DNA of 64,000 bases. It comes from Squalus acanthias. Lineage: Eukaryota. The notes below the pieces were generated by a model. It searched no databases. It saw only the letters and a program-made list of their open reading frames with translations, and was not told where the DNA came from. The position numbers and the translations under genes were made by a program. Location of the stretch: contig JASTWF010000351.1 of NCBI GenBank assembly GCA_030390025.1, positions 62,001-126,000 on the forward strand. The letters run 5' to 3'. Every line of letters starts with the position of its first letter. Positions within the stretch are counted from its first letter, which is position 1. Positions 25,901-36,704 of the stretch are shown here, piece by piece.

Positions 25901-26874
25901 CGGTAAGGTGACTAGAGTTGGGGACCTGCTCGATGGTGGAGGAGCGGGCTGGATGGCGCCGGAGGAGTTGGCGAGGCGCATGGGTTGGATCTACGTCCGG
26001 CTCGCGGTCAATGCCATCGAGTCGCTAAAAGTGGCATTGGGCCCCGACTCCACTAGGTGTATTGAGGAGGCTCAGGCACGTGGGGCGATCCCGTCCGAGC
26101 TGACCCCCGTTCGGACGGAATTCCTTATCGGCGCCCGGCCCCGAATCCTCCCTCGGGAGCCGCCGCCTCACCACTTGAGCCTTCTCGGAGAAATGCCCTC
26201 CGTGCCCTTTCAACCCGCACGGAGGCGTTTCCTGTACGGGCTGCTCCTTCCTGCACACTTTCCACTTTGCCATCTTCGTCTGCCGTCCGGACACGCCTTG
26301 GCATACCATCTTGCCACCCGGCGGAGGCGAAGGTCCCCAATGGAAGGCTCTCTACGCGGGAGTCTTCCCTTGTTCTATTGGGGACTTGGCCTGGAGGGTG
26401 TTGCACGGAGCAGTCCCGTGCAATCGGTTATTAAGTAGCTTTAAGGACTCCCAGGCCGCTTGCCATTTCTGCGGCCTGGAGGAGTCCGTATTTCACGTAT
26501 ATATAGAGTGTGAGAGGTTGCAGCCCCTCTTTCATTACCTGAAGGGGCTGCTCCTCAATTTCTGGTTGCACTTCAGCCCCACGCTCCTGATCTACGGTCA
26601 CCCGGTGCGGAGGGGAGCGGGCAGGTCGGAGGACCTCCTCGTGGGACTGCTCCTGGGCCTGGCTAAGAAAGCCATTAATTGGTCCAGGCAGCGGGCGGTC
26701 GAGGGGGTCGTTCGGCCCGATTGCCTGCCTCTCTTCCGCGGCCATGTTCGGGCCCGGGTGGCCCTGGAAATGGAGCACGCGGTGTCTGCCGGCACGCTTG
26801 AGTTTTTCCGCGACCGGTGGGCGCCACGGGGGCTGGAGTGCATCGTCACCCCGGACTACCAAATTTTAATTTGA
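22974..26874 (+). pseudogene. Tx1 ORF2 copy 2, disrupted
   Basis: CGA>TGA stop at 23445. Frameshifts near 23800, 24380, 25170 and 26250. YADD retained. Confidence 0.9.
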
Positions 26875-27319
26875 TTTGTTAAGTTTCCTTTAAATTTTTA
26901 TTTAGTTACAGATAATTGATTGGTTCATCAAAAAGAGGAAGACATCTTCTCCCCCCACCAGAAGAACATCAACAAAGACTTTATTTAACATCGGAGAGTG
27001 ACCCCCCCCTGGAAGCACCCACCCACCCACTATCCTGAGTGGCGAACAGGCCCGTGCGGCCTTCCCCCTTCCTCCTTCCCACCCCCTCTCTCTCTCTCTC
27101 TGCCTCTCTCTAACGAGGCACCTCAAACCTTATTTATTACCCAATTGAGCAGAGGGGAGAAGGCCACTCCCAATTACAATCATAAAAGGGAGAGGTGTGC
27201 CTTCTTTTTCTCAAAACAACCCCCTCTGCTCGGGGGGAAAAGACAAAAAAACCCAAGGCCACTTAAACATCACCCGGCCTGTGACTTGGGGTGGGTGTAG
27301 CCCTTTATACCACCTCAGT

Positions 27320-29274
27320 ATGGCGAGCACATCTTCGCCGGCGGCGGGGCAAGCAAGGTCGTACGCGGGTGTGGCAGCCACGGCCAAAGCTGGTCCCGTT
27401 GCTTCTGCTGCCCTGTCGCCTTTCAGGCTATTGACAAAAAAGCTGGGGGTGAAGAGCTACACTCACCCCAACATGACCATAGAGGCTTGCGTCAAAGCCA
27501 TGGCTGGGGTAGTCGGCCCCTCAGCCATCGTTGCGGCCTCTAAAATGTACGGTAAGGCTGTGTTCTTCCTGGGGTCGGAGCAGGCGGTGTCCCTGGCCGT
27601 CACCGAGGGGCTCACCGTGGGCGGGACCTTCCTGCCGGTGGATCCGCTCGAGGCCAACGAGCAGCGACTCATATTATCAAATGTCCCGCCCTTTGTTCCG
27701 GTTGAGCTTCTCTTCCCCCACCTACGTCAACTGGGGGAGGTGAGGTCGGGGATTAATCCGATCCCGCTCGGCTGTAGGGAGGCCAGCCTCCGGCACGTCT
27801 TCTCCTTCTGGCGCCAGCTGTTTATCCAGCTGGCGCGGGAGGAGGACACAGAAGGCGCATTTAGTATAACACACGAGGGGACCGCCGACCGCGTCTTCTG
27901 GACGTCGGACGGTGTGCGGTGCCACGCCTGTAAGGAGGTGGGGCACATAAGAAAGAACTGCCCCGCCTCCAAGGCTGCCAAAACATCTGAGGCGGCCAAG
28001 GCTGGTGCCGCCGCCACCGCCGCTCCTCCCCCTGTTTCTGTCCGCGCGTCTGCGACACCCGATGCGCGGTCGACGCCGGAGATCAACGCCGTCACGGCCT
28101 CCGGCGTAGGGGAGGGGGAGCGTCCGATTGGAAGGAAGGCGCGGAGGAAAAGTAAACATCTTCAGACGGGTCCCCTTGACATACATGATGACTTACCCGA
28201 GCTTACGCCCCTATACCTTGCGCGGGTGGCGGCGGAGTTCGAGAATGCGAGTGGCCTTGTGCCCGGGCCTACGGCCGCATCCGCCAAGGCGGCAAAATCG
28301 AGACCTGCGGCCGTGACCGGGCCCGGGACCCCCGAGAAGACCGATCGACAGGGGGGAGCGGAGGTGGAGGCCTCGGTATGCATGGAGGTCTCCCAACCTT
28401 CGTGTCCCTCCTCTTCGAAAAGGAGGCGCAGCATCTTGGATGAGGAGGAGGACCGCGAGGAATGGGGTCCCCCCTCGCAAGGGGAATCGTCGCCCCCGCC
28501 GCGGGGGCTGCGCCCCCCCCCCACCGACACCATCACCGACATCCGGCAGGGGTCGCCTGTCCCCCGGGAGGGCATGACAGATGAGTCTGTCCAGCCTGTG
28601 CCGTGTACGGTCAGGACTACTCCCAGGCGCTGCTCGACCTGGTTGAGCAATATAACCAGGGTACCCGGTCCGCTGGGTTGGAGGATGGTGGCGGTGAAGG
28701 GGAAGGCCCCCTGACTCCGTCTGCGACGCTGGCGCCGGGTTTGTTGGGGGAACTGGCACTAATGTGCTCCCCGGTTTCCCCGTGCACCCCGGTGCCGGGG
28801 GCGGAGGGGGGCCCCGAGCCGCCGCCGCTTCCTGACCCGGCGCCTCTGGAGGAGCCCAGGGAGGACTCCTCTGCTGCCGATCCTGGGGGTGGGATCGGGG
28901 CAGAGGTAGGGCTGGCCGATGGCGACCCCCCGGAGGAGGACGGGGACCCGGCGGAGGACACTGAGGATGATATGGAATCCGTCGCCAGTGAGGCGGCGGA
29001 TGCCCTCGTGCCCTCCTCCGGGTCCCCCCTCATCCCCGTTGTGGAACTCCGGGACTTTGTGGCCATGGGCCAGGGTCGCCAGGATATAATCCGGCTGGCC
29101 ATCGATAAATGGTCGGATCTGGCGCTGCTCGTTTGCTCCGTCCGCGCCGCAGTCAAAATCATGGGCGCGGAAGGGGGCGTGGGCCTGGCCGAGCGGCGTC
29201 GGATCCAGAATTTCCTCGCTGGGCTTGGAAGGGAGTGGCGGTCGATTAGCGGCCGCGCTCCCTCCTCCCGTTAG
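27320..29274 (+). pseudogene. Tx1 ORF1 copy 3, internal deletion/frameshift
   Basis: ORFs 27197-28714 and 28603-29274. CCHC knuckle present. Confidence 0.85.
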
Positions 29275-29305
29275 AGTAAGGTAAAGGTTGCACTATGCTC
29301 TTGTC

Positions 29306-32300
29306 ATGAAGATAACCATAGCCAGCCTCAACATCAACGGCAGCAGAGAGGCACGCCGTAGATTTAATAGCTTCTCGTCCCTTCGGGAAGGGAGGCATGC
29401 GGTGTGCTTCCTGCAGGAAACTCACACCGTTCCGGGAGACGAGGCCACGTGGCTCCTGGAGTGGCGAGGAGGGGTCAGCACGAGTCACCTCTCCAACGTT
29501 TCTGGTGGGGTGGCTATCTTGCTGGCCCCGCATTTTCAGCCGGAGATCTTGGGGGTCAAGGAGCATGTGCCGGGCCGCTTGCTCCAGGTCACTGTTCGTC
29601 TGGGGGGCTTGCCGCTCCATTTAGTGAACGTGTACGCCCCCCAGCCCGGTGCGCAGCAACTGCGCTTCTTCGAAGAAGTGTCCACTCTTCTGGGCACCGT
29701 CGACGTCGGCGAGTGCGTCATCCTCGGGGGGGATTTTAATTGTACCCTCGAGGCGAGGGACCGTTCGGGCCCTCCGCGAAGCCTGACGGCGACGGTGAAG
29801 TTGAGGGACCTGGTCGGGTCCTTCGACTTGGTGGACGTCTGGCGAAATCTCCATCCCGACTCCAGCGCCTTCACGTGGGTGGGGTCTGGAGGAGGAAGGT
29901 CCAGAATCGACCGCCTTTATATTTCCCGGGCGTACGTCTCCTGCGTTCCGGCGGCTTCCATGCGGCCGGAGCCGTGCACGGACCACCACCTGGTGTGGGT
30001 GGAGCTCGCTCCGCTGCGCGCGCGGGGGGGGTCCGCGTACTGGCATTTTAACAACCTGCTGCTGGAGGACGTGCGGTTCCGGGATTCGTTTCGCCGGTTC
30101 TGGGCCGACTGGAGAAGGAAGCAGGGGGGCTTCCCCTCCTTGAGGCTATGGTGGGACGTGGGCAAGGCTCACGTCCGCGTCTTCTGTCAGGAGTACGCGA
30201 AGGGGTCGACCAAGAGGCGGGAGGCCCGGGTCGGGCGATTGGAGAAAGAAGTGCTCGACCTGGAGTCCCGTCTCGGTCAAGTCGTCGAAGACCCGGCCCT
30301 GCGGAAGGTGTACGAAGAAAAGAAGGGTGCGCTGAAGGACCTGCAGCTGGTCGGGTCCCGAGGCGCGTACGTGAGGTCGCGGATCCAGTTCCTGCGGGAC
30401 CTGGACCGCGGCTCCCCCTTCTTCTACTCGCTGGAAAAAAGAGGAGGGGTCCGTAAGCAGCTCTTGGGGCTGCTGGCCGACGACGGATCTCTGGTCTCGG
30501 ATCCGGAGGGGATCAGCGCGGGGACCCGGGCCTATTACGGGGCTCTGTTCTCTCTGGATCCGTCCAGCGAGGATGCGCGCAGAGTTTTGTGGGAGGACCT
30601 GCCGAAGGTCGGCCCGGAGGGCACCGAAGAATTGGACGCTCCGCTAAGTTTGGCGGAGCTGACCGGCGCCCTGCGCCAGCTCTCGAGGGGAAAGTCTCCG
30701 GGGCTGGACGGGCTGACCGTGGAGTTCCACAGGGCATTCTGGGACGTCTTGGGGGGCGACTACGCGCGGGTCCTGGGGGAAAGTCTGGCGACCGGGGAGA
30801 TGCCCCTCTCTTGGCGCAGGGCGGTTATCGTCCTGCTGCCCAAGAAGGGTGATCTCCGCCTTTTAAAAAACTGGCGCCCGGTCTCCCTCCTCAGCACGGA
30901 CTATAAAATTTTTGCCAGGGCCATGTCTGCCCGCCTCGGCACCGTGCTGGCCCACATGATCCACCCCGACCAGTCCTACACGGTCCCGGGCCGGACAATC
31001 CACGACAACATCCATCTGGTCCGGGACCTGGTCCACCTTTCCCAGAGGACTGGTCTGTTGGTCGCCTTCCTTTACCTGGATCAGGAGAAGCCGTTCGACA
31101 GGGTGGATCACGAGTATCTCTTCGGGACTCTGCGCGCTTTCGGGTTCGGGACGCACTTCGTCGCCCGAATCCGACTTCTGTACGCCGCCGTGGAGTGTCG
31201 GATTAAAGTTAACGGGTCTTTGACGGCGCCCCTTCGCTTCGGGAGGGGGTGCGTCAGGGATGCCCCATGTCCGGTCAGTTATATGCCGATTGCGTGGAGC
31301 CTTTCCTGCACCTCTTGCGGAAGAGGTTGACGGGACTGGCTCTGCAAGGGCCGGGCGTGGAGGTCGTCCTCTCGGCTTACGCCGATGACGTGCTCCTCAT
31401 GGTCACGGATCCCGTCGACCTGCGGAGGATGCGAGAATGCCAGCAGATTTACTCGGACGCATCCTCCGCCAGGATCAACTGGGAGAAATGTTCTGGACTC
31501 CTGGTGGGCCCATGGCAGGTGGACTCCCTGCCGGAGGAGTTCAGGCCCTTCGCCTGGAGCACAACGCACCTCCTCTACTTGGGAGTCTACCTCGGCCCTA
31601 CCGAGGACACCTGGCCGGCGAACTGGCAAGAGCTGGAGGCCAAAGTCACCGCTCGCCTAGGACGCTGTTGCTCCGAGTGTTGTCCTACAGGGGTCGAGCT
31701 CTGGTCATAAACCAGCTGGTGGCCGCCATGTTGTGGTACCGGTTGGTCACTTTGATCCCTCCCCCTGCGTTTGTCGCCAAGATACAGAAGATGCTCATCG
31801 ACTTCTTCTGGGACAAAAGGAAGCACTGGGTCTCTGCCGCGGTTCTGTTTCTCCCGCTTAGGGAGGGCGGTCAGGCGCTGGTGTGCCTTCGCACCCAGGC
31901 GGCGACTTTCCGTCTTCAGACACTGCAGAGGTACCTTTACGTTCAGAATCCTCCCAGACGGTGTGCGCTGGCGACGTATTTCTTCCGCGAGATGCACGGA
32001 CTCAACTACGACACGCAGTTCCTGTTTGTGGAATTGGGCCGCACGCGTGCCTACCTGTGGGAGCTGCCTGTCTTTTACCAGGAACTGCTATGGGTCTGGA
32101 ACCAGGTCGCCTCCAGGCGGAGTTCTCCCCCGTCAGGAGTGGCGGCTCTCCTTCGGGAGCCGCTGTTCAGGAATCCGCACCTCCACGTCCGACGGATCGG
32201 CTGGCTGGCGGAGGGCAGGGCTGTGCCAGGCAAGGTGACCAGAGTCAGGGACCTGCTCGATGGCGGAGGAGCGGGCTGGATGGCGCCGGAGGAGTTGGCG

Positions 32301-33197
32301 CGGCGCCTCTCCTGGGTAGACGTCTGGCGCGCGGCCAAAGCCATCGAGTTGCTGAAAGTGGCACTGGGCCCGGACTCCACTAGGTGTATCGAGGAGGCTC
32401 AAGCACGTGGGGCGATCCCGTCCGAACTGACCTCCGTTCGGACGGAATTCCTCATCGGCGCACGGCCCCGAAACCCCTCTCGGGAACCGGCGCCTCATAA
32501 CTTGAGCCGTCTCGGGGAAATGCCCTCCGTGCCCTTCAGTTCTGCACGGAGGGGTTTCCTGTACGGGCTGCTCCTGCACACTTTCCACTTTGTCATCTTC
32601 GCCTGCCGTCCGGACACGCCTTGGCGTGCCATCTTGCCATCCGGCGGAGGCGAAGGTCCCCAATGGAGGGCTCTCTATGCGGGAGTACTCCCCTTTTCTA
32701 TTGGGGACATGGCCTGGAGGGTGTTGCACGGAGCAGTCCCGTGCAATCGGTTTTTAAGTAGGTTCACGGACTCCCAGGCCGCCTGTCTTTTTTGCGGCCT
32801 CGAGGAGTCCGTGTTCCACATTTATGTGGAATGTGAGAGGTTGCAGCCCCTCTTTGAATATTTGAAGGGGCTGCTCCTTGCTTTTTGGTTGCACTTCAGT
32901 CCCACGCTCCTGATCTACAGTCACCCGGTGCGGAGGGGAGAGAGCAGGTCGGAGGACCTCCTCGTAGGACTGCTCCTGGGCCTGGCCAAAGTGGCCATTA
33001 ACAGGTCCAGGCAGCGGGCGGTCGAGGGGGTCGTTCGGCCCAATTGCCTGCCTCTCTTCCGCGGCTATGTTCGCGCCCGGGTGGCCCTGGAGATGGAGCA
33101 TGCGGTGTCCGCCGGCACACTTGAAGCCTTCCGAGACCGGTGGGCGCCGCAGGGACTGGAGTGCATCGTTTCCCCGGGAAATGTTATTTTAATTTAA
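29306..33197 (+). pseudogene. Tx1 ORF2 copy 3, frameshifted
   Basis: ORFs 29288-31330, 31249-31710 and 31437-33197. Breaks near 31245 and 31667. Confidence 0.9.
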
Positions 33198-33199
33198 TG

Positions 33200-34051
33200 C
33201 ACTCCACATTGTCCGCTTTGCGGGCACCCGGGGGAGGACAGACAGAGGCAGGGGCTGGGGCTGCGAGATTCTCGGCTCGGCTCGGTGCTGTGTGAACGGG
33301 TGAGCGCCACACCCCGGCTGCTTGCGGGGAATGCCGGTGCGGAGGGTCCGGTGCAGAAGGCCCAAGGTGGAAGACCCGGAGGAGAGTGGCCTGGGCGGGA
33401 GGCCCAGCACGGAGAACCCCAGGCGGGGGGCCCAGGGCGGGGCGGCTGGTCGGCAGAGGTGGAGTCAGGAGATGCGGTTGATTCACCCCGGCTGCTCGCG
33501 GGGAATGCTGGTGCAGAGGGTCCGGTGCAGAAGGCCCAAGGTGGAAGACCCAGAGGAGAGTGGCCTGGGCGGGAGGCCCAGCACGGAGAACCCCAGGCAG
33601 GGGTCCCAGGGCGGGGCGGCTGGTCGGCAGAGGTGGAGTCGGGAGATGCGGTTGATTCACCCCGGCTGCTCGCGGGGAATGCCGGTGCGGAGGGTCCGGT
33701 GCAGAAGGCCCAAGGTGGAAGACCCGGAGGAGAGTGGCCTGGGCGGGAGGCCCAGCACGGAGAACAATTGAGTGGATGGTCGGGTGGGCGGTGCCAGTGG
33801 GACTGGCGTGGAACAGGTTTCTTGGGTTATTGGAGTGGATGTTATATGTGGATTTAGTTGGATTGTGATGGTGCTATGTGGTTGTACACTGTGGTGTTGA
33901 AATGGGTTGTTTTATGTGGAGTTAAGTGAGATGTATTATTTTAATATAAAAAAAAAGTGTGGTATTGTTTGGGGGTATTTGTACTGTATTTTGATGGATG
34001 AATGTAATGGTTTTACTATGTAATTGGTATTATTGGTTTGAATAAAAGATT
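33200..34051 (+). other. Foreign 3' module on copy 3 (complete form): 5'-end-like motif, 174-bp repeat x~2.6, GT-rich tract, AATAAA
   Basis: Motif 33259-33300 matches 12550-12596. Repeat phase at 33353, 33527 and 33701. AATAAA at 34041. Confidence 0.85.
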
Positions 34052-34590
34052 CACACCATCAACAAGTACCCCTTGCCTATTGCTTCACCTGGGACAGCTG
34101 GAGCTGCCCAGGCAAAGTCATCAATCTATTTTCCCATCTAGAACATCGTTAAGACCTGGTGGTGGACTGAGCCTGGGCATCACCAGCTTTATTTTTCCCA
34201 GGTGAAGACATCTTCTCCCCCCACCAGAAGAACATCAACAAGGACTATAATTAACATCGGAGAGTGCCCTCCCCCGCTGGAAGCACCCACCCACCCACCT
34301 GAGTGGCGAACAGGCCCTTGCGGCCTCCCTCCTTCCTTCCCCCCCTCTCTCTCATTCTCTCTCTCTCTCTGCCTCTCTCTCTCTAACGAGGCACCTCAAA
34401 CCTTATTTATTACTCAATTGAGCAGAGGGGAGAAGGCCCCTCTCCCAATTCCAATCATCAAAGGGAGAGGTGTGCCTTCATTTATAAAACAACCCCCTCT
34501 GCTCAGGGAAGAGACCAAAAACCAAGGCCATTTCAAAACATCACCCGGCCTGTGACTTGGGGTGAGTGTAGCCCTCTATAGCACCTCAGT

Positions 34591-36674
34591 ATGGCGAGCA
34601 CATCTTCGCCGGTGACGGGGCAAGCAAGGTCGTACGCGGGTGTGGCAGCTACAGCCACAGCTGGTCCCGCTGCTTCTGCTGCCCCGTCGCCTTTCCGGCT
34701 ACTGACCAAATAGCTGGGGGTGAAGAGCTACACTCACCCCAACATGAACATAGAGGCTTGCGTTAAAGCCATGGCTGGGGTAGTCGGCCCCTCAGCCATC
34801 GTAGCGGCCTCTAAAATGTACGGCAAGGCTGTGTTCTTCCTGGGGTCGGAGCGGGCGGTGTCCCTGGCCGTCACTGAGGGGCTCACCGTGGGCGGGACCT
34901 TCCTGCCGGTGGATCCGCTCGAGGCCACCGCGCAGCGACTCGTCCTTTCCAACGTCCCGCCCTTTGTTCCGGTTGAGCTCCTCCTCCCCCACCTACGTCA
35001 ACTAGGGGAGGTGATGTCGGGGATTAATCCGATCCCGCTCGGCTGTAGGGAGGCCAGCCTCCGGCATGTCTTCTCCTTCCGGCGCCAGCTGTTTATCCAG
35101 CTGGTGCGGGAGGAGGACACGGAAGGCGCATTTAGTGTCCAACACGAGGGGACCACCTATCGCGTCTTCTGGACGTCGGACGGTGTGCGGTGCCACGCCT
35201 GTAAGGAGGTGGGGCACATAAGAAAGAACTGCCCCGCCTCCAAGGCCGCCAAAACACCTGAGGCGGCCAAGGCTGGCGCCGCCGCCGCTCCTCCCCCTGT
35301 TTCTGTCCGCGCGTCCGCGACACCCGATGCGCGGTCGACGCCGGAGATCAACGCCGTCGCGGCCTCCGGCGGAGGGGAGGGGGAGCGTCCGATCGGAAGG
35401 AAGGCGCGGAGGAAAAGCAAACACCTTCAGGCGGGTCCCCTAGATGTACACGACCATCTACCCGAGCTTGCGCCCCCATACCTTGCGCGGGAGGCGGCGG
35501 AGTTCGAGAGTGCGGGGGGCCTCGTGCCCGGGTCTGCGGCCGCAACCGCCGAGGCGGCAAAATCGAGACCTGCGGCTGTGACCGGGCCCGGGACCCCCGA
35601 GCAAACCGATCGACAGGGGGGAGCGGAGGCGGAGGCCTCGGTACGCATGGAGGTCCCCCAACCTTCGTGTCCCTCCGCACTGAAAAGGAGGCGCGACGCC
35701 CTGGATGAGGAGGAGGACCGCGAGGAACAGGGTCCCCCCTCGCAAGGGGAGTCGTCGCCCGCCGCAGGAGCTGTGCCCCCCCCACCGACACCGTCACCGA
35801 CATCCGGTAGGGGTCGCCTGTCCCCCGGGAGGGCACGACAGATGAGTCTGTCCAGCCTGTGCCTCCCGGGGATGGGGAAGAGGCCCTGCTCGTGGGGGGG
35901 GGGGGGGCCGCGGAACTACCCGCGGTTGGAAATTACACTGAACCGTTGTTTCTCGTCAGGTCGGGCGTCCTGGGGACCGGGGCGGGCGAGGCCGATGAGG
36001 CTGAGCCCGCCGTATACGGTCAGGACTACTCCCAGGTGCTGCTCGACCTGGTGGAGCAACTTAATCAAGGTCCCCGGTCTGCTGGGTCGGAGGATGGTGG
36101 CGGTGAAGGGGAAGGCCCCCTGACTCCGTCTCCGACGCTGGCGCTGGGTGTGTTGGGGGAACTGGCACTAATGTACTCCCCGGTTTCCCCGGTGCCGGGG
36201 GCAGAGGGGGGCCCCGAGCCGCCGCCGCTTCCTGACCCGGCGCCTCTGGAGGAGCCCAGGGAGGCCTCATCTGCCGCCGATCCTGGGGGTGGGATCGGGT
36301 CAGAGGTAGGGCCAGCTGATGGCGACCCCCCGGAGGAGGACGGGGACCCGGCGGAGGACACTGAGGATGACATGGAATCCGTCGCCAGCGAGGCGGCGGA
36401 TGCCCTCGTGCCCCCCTCCGGGTCCCCCCTCATCCCCGTTGTGGAACTCCGGGACTTTGTGGCCATGGGCCAGGGTCGCCAGGATATAATCCGGCTGGCC
36501 ATTGATAAATGGTCGGATCTGGCGCTGGTCGTTTACTCCGTCCGCGCCGCAGTCAAGACCATGGGCGCGGACGGGGGCGTGGGCCCGGCCGAGCGGCGTC
36601 GGATCCGGAAGTTCCTCGCTGGGCTTAGAAGGGAGTGGCGGTCGACTAGCGGCCATGCTCCCTCCTCCCGTTAG
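34591..36674 (+). pseudogene. Tx1 ORF1 copy 4, disrupted
   Basis: ATG 34591, premature TAG 34711, frame break at C8 (35776-35783). Confidence 0.85.
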
Positions 36675-36704
36675 AGTAAGTAGAGGTTGCACTATGCTCT
36701 TGTC

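Larger units (their letters stand above)
20318..26937 (+). mobile_element. Tx1-clade element, copy 2 (5'-truncated in UTR, native short 3' end)
   Basis: Starts at the equivalent of 13056. Ends ...catcaaaaagag with no poly(A). Confidence 0.92.
26938..33199 (+). mobile_element. Tx1-clade element, copy 3 (5'-truncated in UTR)
   Basis: Starts at the equivalent of 13207. ~143-bp deletion in ORF1 at ~28602. Shares the 7-bp ORF2 deletion with copy 1. Confidence 0.92.
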
